Notes: generated by a model not told the origin, from the sequence alone. Positions 12,894-25,711 are shown, counted from the stretch's first letter. The stretch: DNA of 64,000 bases from Takakia lepidozioides (GCA_030704615.1 CM060732.1:25792001-25856000); one strand, 5' to 3'. Translations and numbers: made by a program.

Positions 12894-14026
12894 ATGGTCG
12901 TGGAGAAGGGGAAGGAAAAGAAGAAAAAGAAGAAAAAGAACCATGGAGAGGAAGGGGTGAGTGTGCATGCGGGGGAGGGCAGTGGGGTAACAAAGGAGCA
13001 GGGGAAGGAGGCTACAAAGAAGGGAGAGGGTGGGATGGCCTTGGCGATACAGGACGTGGAGTTGGCAAAGATCGTGATGCCACCGGTGGAGGTGAATCGC
13101 CATGGTGACCCCTGCGGTGCGTTCTGGGAGGCTATGAAGAAGCCAGCCTTCGAACTCGCATTGAGGTGGTTCCCTTTGCACATCGAGTGGGCTGATCAGC
13201 ACTTTGGCGCGAAGCGGGCGTATGCCCGTGAGTTAGACCGCCGGTTTCCGGGCAATTGGAGTGACACAAGGGTGATGGAGATGGTGGGGCGAAACTTGAA
13301 GGACTGGAGGTACCGTGCCAGACAGATCATTCGGAGGGCAATGGAAAATGGGGCCATACCCAAACCACCTTATGGAATTACACAGGTTGGCAAATCCTGA
13401 ATCATGTCGCCTTCCATTTGTCGCATGTGCGTTAATGAGGTGGATTCGATGCAGCATATGTGTGTAATTCACTAATTATTGGGGGGGGGTTGGGGGTGCA
13501 TAGGTATCGTGGGATGCACTCATTGCGGGAGAGACTGATGCCGCAAACAAGGCCAAATTTGACCGGGCACGCGAAGCAACAACAGTCCGCCTTGACAAGC
13601 ACGAATCCACACACAAGTGGGGCGCCGGCGGATCCAAGGGTTTTATCTTGCGATTTGTAAGTCGTTTTTCCCTATGGATTTTGTTATGTCTTCTTTCTGG
13701 CTCCATCATCGCGAAGAACTGACTTTAATTTGTGGCATGTGTAGCAACGCGCGTTTGAGAGGAAGCCATCTCCGGTAGAGTACAACTACGCCAAGGAGCA
13801 TGGTTGGCAATCCCTCATGAAGAACATGGCCAACACAGAGGGGATGAGTGCACTACAGGGCACTAGTATGGATGAAGTCGAGGATCATGCCCAGGGATTG
13901 GATGAGAGCTTTGTGGGACTTCGGGGAACGCCGCCTCATTTACGTGCTCTGGCAAAGGGCGCGGAGTCATCAGGCTCATCGGATAGCTCTGAGTCCTCCA
14001 CTAAGGATGAGGATGAGGATGACTAG
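12894..14026 (+). CDS. CACTA (En/Spm) TnpA-like spliced ORF; N-terminal part (from ~12465) frameshifted
   Basis: Exons 12894-13385, 13504-13656 and 13745-14026 join via phase-0 GT-AG introns. Exon 2 reads VSWDALI...KFDRAREA...THKWGAGGSKG (Ptta/Transposase_24-like W...HxxGxGG). A CACTA terminus lies downstream. Confidence 0.6.
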
Positions 14027-14289
14027 TCCTAGTTCATGTAGGTCCCAGGGTCAGTCTACTGAACCCTTGTGAGCTTTTCAGCTCATTTCTTGTAAATATA
14101 TTTCCATCTTTCCATCTTCCATCTTATTCATGTGTCGCACTGTCCTCATCCTCGATTCATGCTTGCTCAATTGTGTACCTGCTAACTCAGAGAAATGGAA
14201 GTGTAAGTTCTCCCATCCCCAAATACAAAACCAGGAAAAAAAAAAAAAACCACCCCCAATTCACCCCAAAATGAACCCCCAACCCCCCC

Positions 14290-14986
14290 CCCCACCAGGC
14301 TACCCTCGCGACTGCAACAATGGCGACGTGTTTTTTGGGCGGGGGTCGCAAGTAGCGACGGCCGGGCGTCGCAAACTCCATTTGCGGGCGGCAACGCCCG
14401 ACACCCCCTGCGACGTGTTTTTTACTCCGGGGGTCGCAAGCCGCGACGCCCTGGCGTCGCGGAGACCGCCACCCTGCCTACGCCACGTTTTTTTTTTTAT
14501 TAAATTTAAAACAAAAGCGACGCCTGAGCGTCGCAACAACCCACGCCCGGGCGTGGCGGAGACCGACTCCTGCTGTTTTGTGCCACGCCCAATAGTCGCT
14601 TGCAGAGATGCACGGGCGTCGCTTGACGTACCACCCGGCTGACTCCCGGGCAGGTTAGAAAAATAAAAATGGGATGCGACGCCGCTCCGGCGCCCCCACC
14701 AACGTCGTCGGCTGGAGGGCCGCGACGGCGAGACGTCGCTCGAAGAGGCTCCTACCATCGGCGCGGACGGCCTGAAAAAGCGACGTCCGGCAGTCGCGGG
14801 AGTTGGGGCGGGGGCTCGCGACCCCCATACATCGCATTTTTGCGACGTCGTTTTGGCGACACCCTTGCAACTGCAGGCGACGGCCGGACGTCGCAAATTT
14901 TGCGCCTCCCGCGTGCCCGAAAAGGGCGTTTTCCCGACGCTGCGACGTGGCGCGGGCGTCGCAAAGGCCCTTCTTTTCCTGTAGTG
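14290..14986 (+). mobile_element. CACTA transposon right terminus with subterminal repeats
   Basis: Ends TTTTCCTGTAGTG (reverse complement CACTACAGGAAAA), preceded by many GCGACG/CGTCGC motifs. The left TIR was not found. Confidence 0.85.
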
Positions 14987-15301
14987 TGCACGCGTCAGGT
15001 GCGCACTAGCACATGAACTCCCAAAGAAGGCGCAAGTTTCTTTGCCCCTTGAATAGGAGTCATGCCCGATTTTGGCACTGCGCAAACACACGATTAATCC
15101 AATTTACCTCTCCCACTTTTGTAAACTAGCATGCATTCTACACACTAGCCCAACATACCATGCATCACCATTCCAAACAAAATAACCATTTCATTTATAA
15201 CAAAATTTGTACAACACAAGTTTTTGCAATCGGATTCCTGAGCTAGCTAAGCCGGGCTAAGCATGCATTCCTTCCCCCACGATCCAAGGTTGATGTCCCC
15301 A

Positions 15302-18300
15302 TCAACGCTTCTTCCGCTTTTGAGGTCGCCCTTTGAAAGCTGCAACCGCCTCGGATGCGTTTCCCATTTCTGTGGCACGCACCCAAATTGCCTCCACTTG
15401 ATGATAGCCCTTCCATTTCACGAGATACTCATTTTCTTGATTCTTGAACCTCCTCGACTTAAGCACTGCCTCCACCTCGTACTCAGGTTCATTTTCACGA
15501 TCCAACAACACAGGTGGCGGACGCAACACTTGATGCCGATTCGGACGCGCTTCATCTTTGAAGTAAGGCTTCAGAAGGGAGACGTGGAATACCGGATGCA
15601 CCTTGCTGTTTGCCGGCAACTCCAATTCATACACATCCTCATTCATAACCTTCCGGATGCGAAAAAGCCCCGCATACAGAGGTACGAACTTTGGCTTCCG
15701 GAGGTAGTCGAAAATTCTTGATGTTCAACCAGACCTCCGTGCTTGCCTCAAACTTAACTTCCCTTCCGCTTCCGTTTTGTCTGCCGTTCATACCGTTTCC
15801 TAGCTTTGGCAATGTTGTACTTTGCGAGCTCCAACAAACTTTCGCGTTCTTCCAGCACCGCTGCTGCTGCCGGTTCCTCAATGTCCTGGGCGGCCCAACT
15901 TGTCGGCATTAGGTGCTTTTCCTTAGACCAATACGAAAGGGGAAACCCCTGTTGCGGAGTGTTTGTGTTATTATAACAGAACTCTACCGCATCCAAGTGC
16001 TCCACCCGGTCTGATTGGTCTGCCGACACATAATTCTGCAAGATCTGCTTCACCACAGAATTCACTCTTTCCGTTTGGCCGTCCATTATAGGTCGGAAGG
16101 CGGTGCTCATCTTGAGCCTCGTCCCCATTTTCTTCCAAAGTGTCCCCCAAAATTTACTTGTAAACTTTGGATCGCGGTCCGAGACAATATCCTTTGGAAG
16201 TCCATGATGCTTGAAGAAGTGGGCGAAGTACAGTCGCCCCGTCTCCTACGCCGTTGTCGTCTCTTTGGTGGGAATAAAATGGCCCATTTTACTGAACCTA
16301 TCTACCACCACCATGATTGCATCGAATCCTTTTGACAGCGGCATAGCAGTCATAAAACCATCGAGACAAGACCCCTCTGGAATCGGCAACGGTTGTAACA
16401 GCCCCGCTTGCTTTTTGTATTCGATCCAGTTTTGTTGGCATGTGGTGCATGTCTTGACATACTCCTCGGCCTCCTCCCTCAGTTTGGGCTAGAAATACTC
16501 TTTCTTCAAGAGTGTCGCGGTGCGCTTGGCTCCGCCGTGGCCCGCAAATGAGCCATCGTGGCATTCTCTCAAGAGACTATCTCTGATCCCTCCCTTCGTA
16601 GAGACACTTTTGCTTGTACCGGAGCAGTCCATTGTGCAAGTGGAACTGCGATTTAACCCCCAACCTCAAGTCCTGCATCATGGACTTCGCCATCTCATCA
16701 TTTCAGGAAGCCTTCCGGATCTTCCTTTGGAGCGTCGTCTCGCCCTTGTACACCAACATGAGCTGCTGCTTTCTACTTAAAGCATCGGCCACCACATTGT
16801 CCCGTCCCGGTTTGTACTGGATATCCACGTCAAACACTGCCAAAGTGTCTTGCCACCTAAGTTGTTTTGGGGACAACTTAGGCTGCGTGGCAAAATACTT
16901 CACCGTGACATTGTCCGTGAACACCTTCACCGGGTTGGAACCAACATAGTGGCGCCAAAGCTCAAGGCAATGCACCACCGCCTTCATTTTTTTCTCGTGC
17001 GTAGGCCACCGTCACTCCACTTCATTCAGTTTCTTACTTTCGTAAGCCACTGGATGTCCATCCTACATGAGCACACCCTCAATTGCGAAGTCCTACGCAT
17101 CTGTATGAATCTCAAATGAACGGTCAAACTCCGGAATTTTCAGGACTAGAGCTTCCGCCATCCACTGCTTCAATTCGGCAAAAGCTTGGCCACAAAAAGT
17201 GTTCCATACCCATTCCCTGGACTTACACAAAAGGTCTAACAACGGCCCCGCGATCTTGGCAAAATTTCTCACATATTTTCGGTAATAGGAGGGAAGTCCT
17301 AGGAAGGATCACACTCCCGGGACCGAAGTCGGAGGCTCCCAGTCCAAGATCGCCCTCCCCTTTCTGTCATCCATTTTGATCCCATCCTGTGTAATCACAT
17401 GCCCTAGGAACTCAACTTTCGTGACCCCGAATTCGCACTTTGAAGCTTTGGCATACAGCTTCCTTTCCCACAATTTCTGGATCACCCTTTTGAGGTGCTC
17501 CAGGTGCTCTTCCTTTGTTTTCGAGTATACCAAGATGTCATCGATGTACACGATCACAAAGTCATCCAACCACTCCTGGAAAAGGCTGTTCATTAGCGTG
17601 CTAAAAGTCGCGGGTGCATTGGTGAGCCCAAAAGGCATCACCAAGAACTCATATGAACCATATCTTGTCTTGCACGCGGTCTTCTTCTCATCTCCTTCCG
17701 CCACTCGGATTTGATGGTAACCCGAGCGCAAATCGATCCGGCTGAAATACTTTGCTCCTGCCAACCGATCGAAGAGGTCGTCGATCCTTGGCAAAGGGTA
17801 CCGGTTTTTTATAGTCATCTTATTCAGAGCCCTGTAATCGACACACATCCGCAACGTCCCATCCTTCTTGACTGCGAATCGCACCGGGGCTCTGTAGGGT
17901 GGCTTACTCGGCCGGATGTACCCCTTTGACATTAGATCCTTGAGCTGAGCCTTCAGCTCGACCAACTATCTATGGCTCAACCGGTAGAACGCCTTGGCAG
18001 GCGGTCCAAATCCCGGTATCATCTCTATCTTGTGGTCAACTCCTCTTCGCGGTGGCAAGCCGCTTGGTAAATCCTCCGGCATCACATCCTGGTATTTCTC
18101 CAAGATCCCCTTGATCCAATTTGGGCTCGGCTCCCTATCGACTTCTCCTTCCACTTGTCTAACGTAAAGCAAAAACTGGGGCTCGTGTGGCTCCTCCACG
18201 GCCTACTCCTTTGCTGACAGCAGATTTATTTGCCCTCCCACTCGGTTGGGCGTTTCCGATACCCGTAAAACTTCACCACCATTCCCACACGGTAGCGTGA

Positions 18301-19840
18301 CTATTCTCTTGCGGCCATCTATGACCACTCTGGATTTGCTCAAAAAGGTCATCCCCAAAATGAGATCCACTCCATCGATCTCGCAAATGGTGAAGTTCTC
18401 ACGTCCCTCCCAACCCCCGAGCTGAAGAGGAACATCGAATGCCAATCTTGTCACAAATTGTGGTTCTCCTTTGGCAGAACGTCCCTCAATAGAGGCCCCC
18501 ACATCACTTGTCGAGAGCCCCAGCTTCCGTGTCGTTGCCGGTATCATGAAGGAGTGCGACGCTCCTGTGTCCACCAACAACGACACGTTAGTTCCGGAAA
18601 TTATCCCACTCACGAACATTAACTGACTTCCTTTACGCAAGGCGCCGGTCTCCTGATACAACTCACAAGAGTAGTTGCCTACCTTACAAGTCTTGGCGGC
18701 CACCGCTTCCACCAAGCGGGTGATGGAATCTTCGGACAACTCCGTGGTCGCCCGAGTCATGTTCAATTGTCGGGGTTTTGCGCACTTCTTGGCCATGTGC
18801 CCGGGCTCCTCGCAATTAAAGCACACTCCATCGAAGGTCGCCTTCTGTCCGCCATAAGCCGCCGCACCTGATTTTCCTTTCGGGGCACCGAGTGCCGCTT
18901 TGACGTGTGAAGGCCCTCCCTTCGATTTCCATGTGCCATTGTTGCCGCATGGCCTATCCCACTCCGGTCGGAAGGAGTCACCCTCCCGCCGGGTCTTCTT
19001 GTGGTTCAGCTCCGTACGTCCTTGTCTTTCGCCCCTAGGGACATCCGAGAAACATTCAGCCCTTTCAATTGCCTCGTTCAAAGTCTTAGGTGGCTTCTCC
19101 TCCAACTTCCGCCTGGCCCATGGGGCCAATCCCGCCACAAAGTTGAAGACCATTTCTGGTTCTGCCATATCCGCAACTTCGAGCAACAACACATTGAAAG
19201 CCTGAGCATATCCCCAAATGTCATCCGTTTGCTTCAAATTTCTCATCTTGTCCCGGGCGAGCCAGGACGCGTTGAGGGGCACAAACTGTCTTTTCATAAG
19301 TTCCTTGAACCCACTCCAGCTCAAGGTTTCTGGGTTTGGAACTTGGTCATGAAGGCGTTTATGCCACCATTGTTGAGCATAGCCCCTCAAATAGGTGGGA
19401 GCCACTTCCACCCGATCCTCATCACTCAACTTGGCCGCCCGGAAATACTGCTCTAGCTCCAAGAGCCAAGTGTTGAGTACTTCTGATTTCGGACGCCCTC
19501 GAAGGTGTCGGGTTCCTTAGGCTTCACCTTAAACTTTGCCTTAGTGGAAGTGACATTAGCCGCCCTCAACACGTCTTTCAACGTCCCGCCAAACTGCGCC
19601 AACAACCCTTCCCAAAAGGCTGCTGGCATGGGAGGCATCTGTGGGTCTGGCGGAGCCTCTGGAAAGTCCTCGGGCTCCGACTCCCAAAATTCCTCCCGTT
19701 CTTGAGCGGCCTCGCTTTCAGAAGCATGAATCGCCTCTTCCAATTGTCGCTTCGGTGACACGTCGCCCCCACCGAGCTCACCATGATCATCATCTTTCGG
19801 GCCGTTCCACTTTCGCTTTGTCTTGCCCGACCCCATGATG
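15302..19840 (-). pseudogene. gag-pol polyprotein, disrupted
   Basis: Gag with CCHC knuckle (CFNCEEPGHMAKKC), protease LVDTGASH, RT ([25 protein letters not shown]), RNase H (NVVADALSR), integrase (DGQTERVN, HPVFHVSLLK) and chromodomain (YEVEAVL...YLVKWKGY...W). Multiple stops and frameshifts. Confidence 0.93.
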
Positions 19841-19877
19841 AGGCCGATCTCAAGGACGATCGCATACTGAACTCTAA

Positions 19878-19889
19878 GCTCTGATACCA
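19878..19889 (-). promoter_or_regulatory. Primer-binding site complementary to initiator tRNA-Met
   Basis: TGGTATCAGAGC lies 2 nt inside the LTR end. Confidence 0.9.
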
Positions 19890-20502
19890 AGTGTCGCGCA
19901 CCTCACTTCGGTAAGCTCCCCTTCAAGTCATAGTTACTCGCTTTGATGCGCGCGCCTAACTCCCAAACTGGCCGTTGGGCCAATTCGGAGCTTCAGCTGC
20001 TCACCGGGACATAATGGTCCCCCTTTGCTCCTCCAAAAGACCCTCCACCACTTTGGGCCTAGTGGAAATTCCCTTTGGTAGATGGCAGTCCGGAATAGCT
20101 CCCCACACCTTGGTCGTTTTCCGGCTTGCACACTCACACACTAGCTTTCGGTCACCAACGGGCTTGCACCGTTCTCGGGGTTACCAAACAACCCTGCCAT
20201 TTTATGGCGAACCACCACGGAGACCCTCGATTCCCGGTGAAGGGGAAGAATGCAGGGGATGGGAAGGGGAAGGGGAATACCATTACCGTGCTCGAATACC
20301 ATTCACAGACCTCCCGTGATTTCTCGTCCAAACCAGATTTAGATGAGGGAAGAGACTTCTCGGAAAATAAAGTTGGAAAATCTGGGGCGTGGCATTCGCC
20401 TACCGTTCCGCGGAAATAGATGACTTCCGCGGAATTAGGTCCTGTACGTGGGAAACCTTGCTGACGTGGCATGAGCCTGGCTGGGCTCACGCGGAAGCAT
20501 TC

Positions 20503-20582
20503 CCCATCTGTCAAGTAGTAGGATTTGACCCCAAGAATCATCTGGGTGGCATCCAGTGCACAACTGAGCTACTGACTGTTGG
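20503..20582 (-). mobile_element. tRNA-derived SINE-like repeat (copy 1)
   Basis: CAACAGTCAGTAGCTCAGTTG..GGGGTCAAATCCTACTACTTGA, homologous to 45734-45814, with degenerate A and B boxes. Confidence 0.55.
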
Positions 20583-20759
20583 TTTGTTTGATTATTATCT
20601 TTGGTGTGAAGAAACACGCTCACGATTGTCCCTCATATTATTCACAACATATGATACAATCAGTCTCATACTAAACCAAAAAATAGACCAAAAATTGATT
20701 ACCTTAAATTAATTAGTTATATTTTTTGAGTTGAGCATAACAAACCAGTAAAATTATAT

Positions 20760-20971
20760 ATCCTTCTATATATCTTTTATTTACCCGGCGGGTATATAAA
20801 GGATAAATCATTTATCCTTACCTGGTCAAAAATATTGGCCTTTACCCTTTATCCGTAGGATAAATAAATGGACATATAAATAATTTACCCTTCTAGAGAA
20901 TAAATTATCCTCTAATTTCTATTTACCCTTACCCAAAGGATAAACAAAATCTATTTACCTGCACAACACTG
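20760..20971 (+). mobile_element. hAT-type right end (..CAACACTG) followed by GTAATAAC
   Basis: TTACCC/TTATCC subterminal repeats. The 8-mer after the end matches the 8-mer before the left end at 59619. Confidence 0.65.
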
Positions 20972-21276
20972 GTAATAACTAATAACCCGGAAAACTGATT
21001 TGAATTGACCACATTGCACATTAGCTTACCACAACATGATTAACTAAGCTTCTCATTGAACAATATTAGCGTCTTGAATGCCCGCGCGTGTAGCTACGGC
21101 GGGGCCCGCGTGTGGCAGAGGAGTCGCGGAGGGTGGGAGCGCCCCTACGCGGACCCGGCCACTCTGCTGCTGGGTCTGCCCCACAAGCTAGTCTGCTGGG
21201 GCCCACAATATACACATAAAGCATTAGTTATTGCTTCTGGCAATAATCTGTGTTATTAAATATATATTTTGTCGAA

Positions 21277-21410
21277 GGGTCTACCGGTCTGCTGGAGGAG
21301 GGTCTGCCCAATCTGCTGGAGGGTCTACCGGTCTGCTCAAGGAGGGTCTACCCGGTCCGCTCATCGGTCTGTTGGAGGGTCTGTTGGAGGGTCCACTAGA
21401 AGGTCCGCCG
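21277..21410. repeat. Minisatellite (CTGCTGGAGGGTCTACCGGT-like units)
   Basis: Visible degenerate ~20-bp tandem units. Confidence 0.7.
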
Positions 21411-22129
21411 CGGTAGATGAACAAGGACTTAGAAAAATTTCAGATTCTGGCCGACCCGGTGAATGGGCGGTTGGCTTTTGAGCTCACCCCATGGGCCGCA
21501 TTGGCGGGGCCCATAGGTGCATTCAAGACGGTAATATTAAAAAATGAGAGGCGTTAACTAATGAACTTATTAGCATAACTAATCTCGTTAAAATCAAAGG
21601 AAAAACACTGTAGGGTTCTAATATGGCCGCCTTGGTGCCGCGGTACGACTGTCCAGTCGGTCCAGCCTCTGCAGATGGAGAATGGTGCTTTATAACGTCG
21701 GAGAGAGAAATGACAAAATGACTATAGATGCGTCTACTTCCATGAGCATATTCCATGATAGATCCTCAATTCATGTCACGTATGACTACTCAGAAGTTCA
21801 TTCAAGGAAAGCACTTCAATATTCCGATCTCCTTCTCAGGAGGCCTCTGGTATGCGAGCCACCTTTAACGTTCAAGCTCGACCCGATTGGCAATCGCAGA
21901 CCAGGGATTTCTAAGTGGTTCACAAATTGCAACTACCATCCTGAACCACAAATCCCACCTCACGCAGCTCGTTGGTGAGTGAATCGTTCTCAGGACAAGT
22001 GCAATGAAATATATACTGATTTAAGTATATGACACATGTATCTCCAGAGCTCCTGGGGTTGCAATCAGTGTTGAGCGGATATACAACTTACCCGGATATA
22101 ACCGCCGGGTATATCCGGGTAAGTATACC

Positions 22130-23121
22130 AAGAGGAGGTCACTTCCAAATATTACCACTTGACATGCAAAAAAATATAGGGTGCCCAAAATTCTGAGAAA
22201 ATAAAATTTAGAATATATTTAGAAATACTATAGGGTACTAATATATTGGCGGCACCACATTTAAATTAAAATAGGGTCCAAAATAAAGACGGATTCTTCA
22301 AAAAAAATAAAACTAATATAGGATGGAGATAAATTAAAGGGACACGTGTCGATCAATGACACGCAGCGGAGAGGGCGTAGGCGCATGTGCACAACAACCC
22401 TAGGCTTCCCTCTCTCCTGTCGGCTGCAATTCGTGGTGACATTGTGCTAGACAGACATAAAGAAAGGGTTGTGCGCTCAGTGGTGCAAGCATTGTGGCCC
22501 ATAGGTTTTGAAGCTTGCAGGGCGTGACAATGGAGAAGCGTAGATTGAGAAGGAAGGATGGCAACACAAGCATGACGGCCCATAGGTTTTTGAGGGACAT
22601 GGTGGATAGGCAGAATACAAAAAATGAGAAGAAAGGTAGGGAGCAGGTGGGAGGTCTCTCGACAACCAGTTGATCTTCTTAACAAACCAACCACAACAAT
22701 CATGGTGCTTCTCAACTACTTCTCAAAATCTAGAGGGCATCTGAAATTCAAATATGATGTAACTGACAGCAAGTGGATAGACATAAATTCCATTATCAGT
22801 TCAGTTACTATGAGATTTGATTTTGCTCAGAACCTTTATACTTTAAATGATGCTGATGCATCTACTTTGGATAAATTTGTTTCCAGCAAATAAAAAATTC
22901 ATTACCCCGTAATTGTTTTTTTTTAAATTCTGGTTAATATAGGGTGTCCAATATTTGTTACCTGCTATAAAATATAAATAATATAACCTACAAGAAAATA
23001 TGTACAAATTTATGTAATAATAGGGTGGCCAAAAATTCAGAAAATAAAATTAATACCCCAATAGAAAATGCCTATTTGCCTCACGTGCCTAGGAAACTTG
23101 ATAGGGAGTGACCTCCCCGAG
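22130..23121. mobile_element. Nested element with 9-bp TSD (Mutator-like)
   Basis: TSD AAGTATACC (22121-22129, 23122-23130); imperfect TIR GGAGGTCACT(T/C)CC; empty site in the paralog at ~27340; carries a coding fragment at 22624-22893. Confidence 0.75.
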
Positions 23122-23257
23122 AAGTATACCCATATATATCCGGACCTGCAGGATTTGCTTGCCCTTACCCGCACCCTTAGCAAGGGTATATTATGTCTCC
23201 CCCCACCCCCACCGGGACCGGGATGAAGGTAAATCACCAGCATTTTCCAGACCCTTA

Positions 23258-24711
23258 AGGTCCATTCGCACCAGGGGTTAAAGGAGGGATTAACTCAAAG
23301 TAAATATAGTCCAACTTATGCCAGGGATCAAGTTAGCCCGCCAGATTCCAAAATTGCTGATGTGGCAGTGGGGGTGGAGCAGGGGTAGAGGGGGGATAGA
23401 GGGTGGGGGATAATATATTCCATATGACCCCTCTGCCGCGTCATAATTTGAGATATTGAACGTGTATCTGAGAGAAGTATGCCCCGCAAGCTACGTCGTC
23501 TCCCTTGGACTGAATGGGTGGAAGGGGGGGAGTAAGTTAACCCCAAACCACACGCATGTTTACCACCTTGGTGCAAACAGCACGAGGTTAACCCTTAAGT
23601 GTCCGGGCCCATTTTCACGACATGCTGTGAAAAAAGGACCCTGGCCCACTAAATCTTTTTTTATCTCCCAGATTTCTAAGTCCATGTAAAAGTGACCGTT
23701 GAATTTACTGCCCATCTACCCAAACTATGACCTCAAAAAATTGCAGCCGCATCCAATTGCCAGATTAGAAGATTATAATATGCAGATGTGCCCGAAAAAG
23801 AATCCTTCCTAAAACTGAAGAGCATAAAAAACCAAGAAATTTATCAAATTTGGGCAATGTTTTCCTTGCATGATATTAGAGTCTTGGGAATTGTGTACCT
23901 CACTTGATGCCACACCTTCCCTGAAATTTTCGTTTTTTTTTGACTTGTTTTCGTATGGGCTGCTTTGTACTCACAAATTGGGGGGGTCTCAAAACCCAAT
24001 TTGAAGCGGGCAGACCAAAATTTGAGCTTCAAAAATTACGTAGGACATATCTACCGTCCAATTCTCAATCGCTCTGGTCCATGTCATCATTGCATGCAAA
24101 TGTTGTTGTAGAAAAAACTTCAATCCAATTGGGAAATGTTTTAGGCCATTTTTGGGGTCTGCCCGGTAATTCCCAGCCCAACCTATATTTTGGCCTGCAG
24201 CCCTACCCTATTTCCCTACTCTAGCCCGTGTACGAGACCGTTTCACCACTCATTTGCCTGGGGTGGCTGCCATGCAGGCTGCTGCACATTCATGGGGCAC
24301 TGGGATGTGTGTGGGCCCACCGTTCCTAGGGTGGAAACCCTTTCCCTAACCTGACCGTGGTTGCCATGTAAGCAACTTGGGCAAGATGATTCAGCAAAAA
24401 TATGTCAAAAAAGCTGAGTTAGCCCCAAATTGGGGGGTCTTACTCCATGTATATATTTCTTTTCTGAAGATTGGCCAATGTTATTGTGTGTAAGATTTTT
24501 TTCCTACCTAATGAGCCTAATTTGACTCAAATCAGAGTTAACCCCAGTAAGAACTGGATGGTTAAAGAAATCTAACCAACCCAAAATGGGTCGGTTTGAC
24601 ACTTAAGGGTTAAGTGGAATATATGTTTGGGTGATATGTTTGACCCCTAGCTAGAAGGAGGGGTGAGGGTGGTAATTATTAGCCCTCTTACCCTCTGGTG
24701 CGAATGGACCT
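23258..24711. mobile_element. PIF/Harbinger-like non-autonomous element
   Basis: TIRs AGGTCCATTCGCACCAG / CTGGTGCGAATGGACCT; TTA TSD; empty site ACCCTTAGGGT in the paralog at ~27473. Confidence 0.85.
23592..24609. mobile_element. piggyBac-like non-autonomous element
   Basis: TTAA|CCCTTAAGTGTC ... GACACTTAAGGG|TTAA: 12-bp TIR starting CCC with a TTAA TSD. Confidence 0.78.
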
Positions 24712-25711
24712 TTATAGGGTGGGTAATGTTTTTCTTTGGCGGGTAATGGAATCTGGGTAATAGGCTTGCTGACCTATGTTCTTGTGCCATGGGCTGCCTT
24801 CTTTCCATTGTTGATTAAATTGTATCTCAAGGACAGATCAAAGCATATGGAGGTAGTGGTGTGGTTTTCTAGGCTGCTTCATTGCCTTGCACAATGCACA
24901 TGTACCGATATTTGGTTTTTATACTCTTGGTTTTTCAACATCGTATTATTGTTCAAGTTAGATTATATATTCAATTTTAATTTCTTCTGGTTAAAATCTG
25001 ATTGGTTTATATTGGTTATGTTGCCAATTCATCTGAAATCCCTAGAGAAATTGCCATTTACCCTACCCTTATCCTACCTAAATTATATTTATCTGGCGGG
25101 TATACCAAATTACCCTGACCCGTTAAATATCCTTACCCTCAGGTTATATTTTGAGGGTACCCAGTTATACCCTGACCCGGTGTGTTCTACAAATGTGCAT
25201 TACCCGAACCAGACCCTTACTTTCCATTTGAAAAATAATAATAACCTTACCCAGTGGGTAAACCTTTTCTCAAAATGCAGGTTACCCTTACAACTGAGGG
25301 TAGATAAAAATTCAATACCCGCTCAACACTGGTTGCAATCAAGGGAGCTGAGAAGACCAATCCTGGGTACTTACGGTTATATTGATCAAATCTACGAGGC
25401 TACAAAGCAAATTGTAACTTCCAATAATTAACTAACTCGGTGTTGGTTAGTTTGTCAGACTTCATAATCTTCTCCCCTGTGCAGAACACACTAGTCAGTC
25501 TTAGTGATGTGCATTGGAGGGAGGAAAGAAGTGGGCAAATTTCGAGTTTGTGCAGGCAGCATCTGAGACACTCTAGACCCTCACATTCTAATCCTGCTTC
25601 TGTGTTTTGTGTAGCCACACCCTCTTTACAATTCTTTTTGTGTCATCCCCGTCCTCTCGCTCTCTCCTTTCATTTCTCTCACGCACAGAGAGAGTTGAAG
25701 CCAGAGACAGA

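Larger units (their letters stand above)
14987..20430 (-). mobile_element. Chromodomain-bearing Ty3/Gypsy LTR retrotransposon (chromovirus), degenerate
   Basis: PBS TGGTATCAGAGC next to an LTR end ...GACA at 19892; gag-PR-RT-RH-INT-CHD order; candidate PPT GGGGGAAGGAA at ~15268-15278. Outer boundaries are approximate. Confidence 0.93.
22066..25331. mobile_element. Non-autonomous hAT element hosting nested insertions
   Basis: TIRs CAGTGTTGAGCGG / CCGCTCAACACTG; perfect 8-bp TSD GTTGCAAT (22058-22065, 25332-25339); TTACCC subterminal repeats. Confidence 0.92.

Noticed and set aside
14300-15091. 263-aa ORF and overlapping ORFs
   Set aside because: By-product of GC-rich CACTA subterminal repeats; no protein motifs.
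24736-25431. 231-aa hydrophobic ORF
   Set aside because: Runs through hAT subterminal repeats and across the TIR/TSD; composition reflects AT-rich non-coding DNA.
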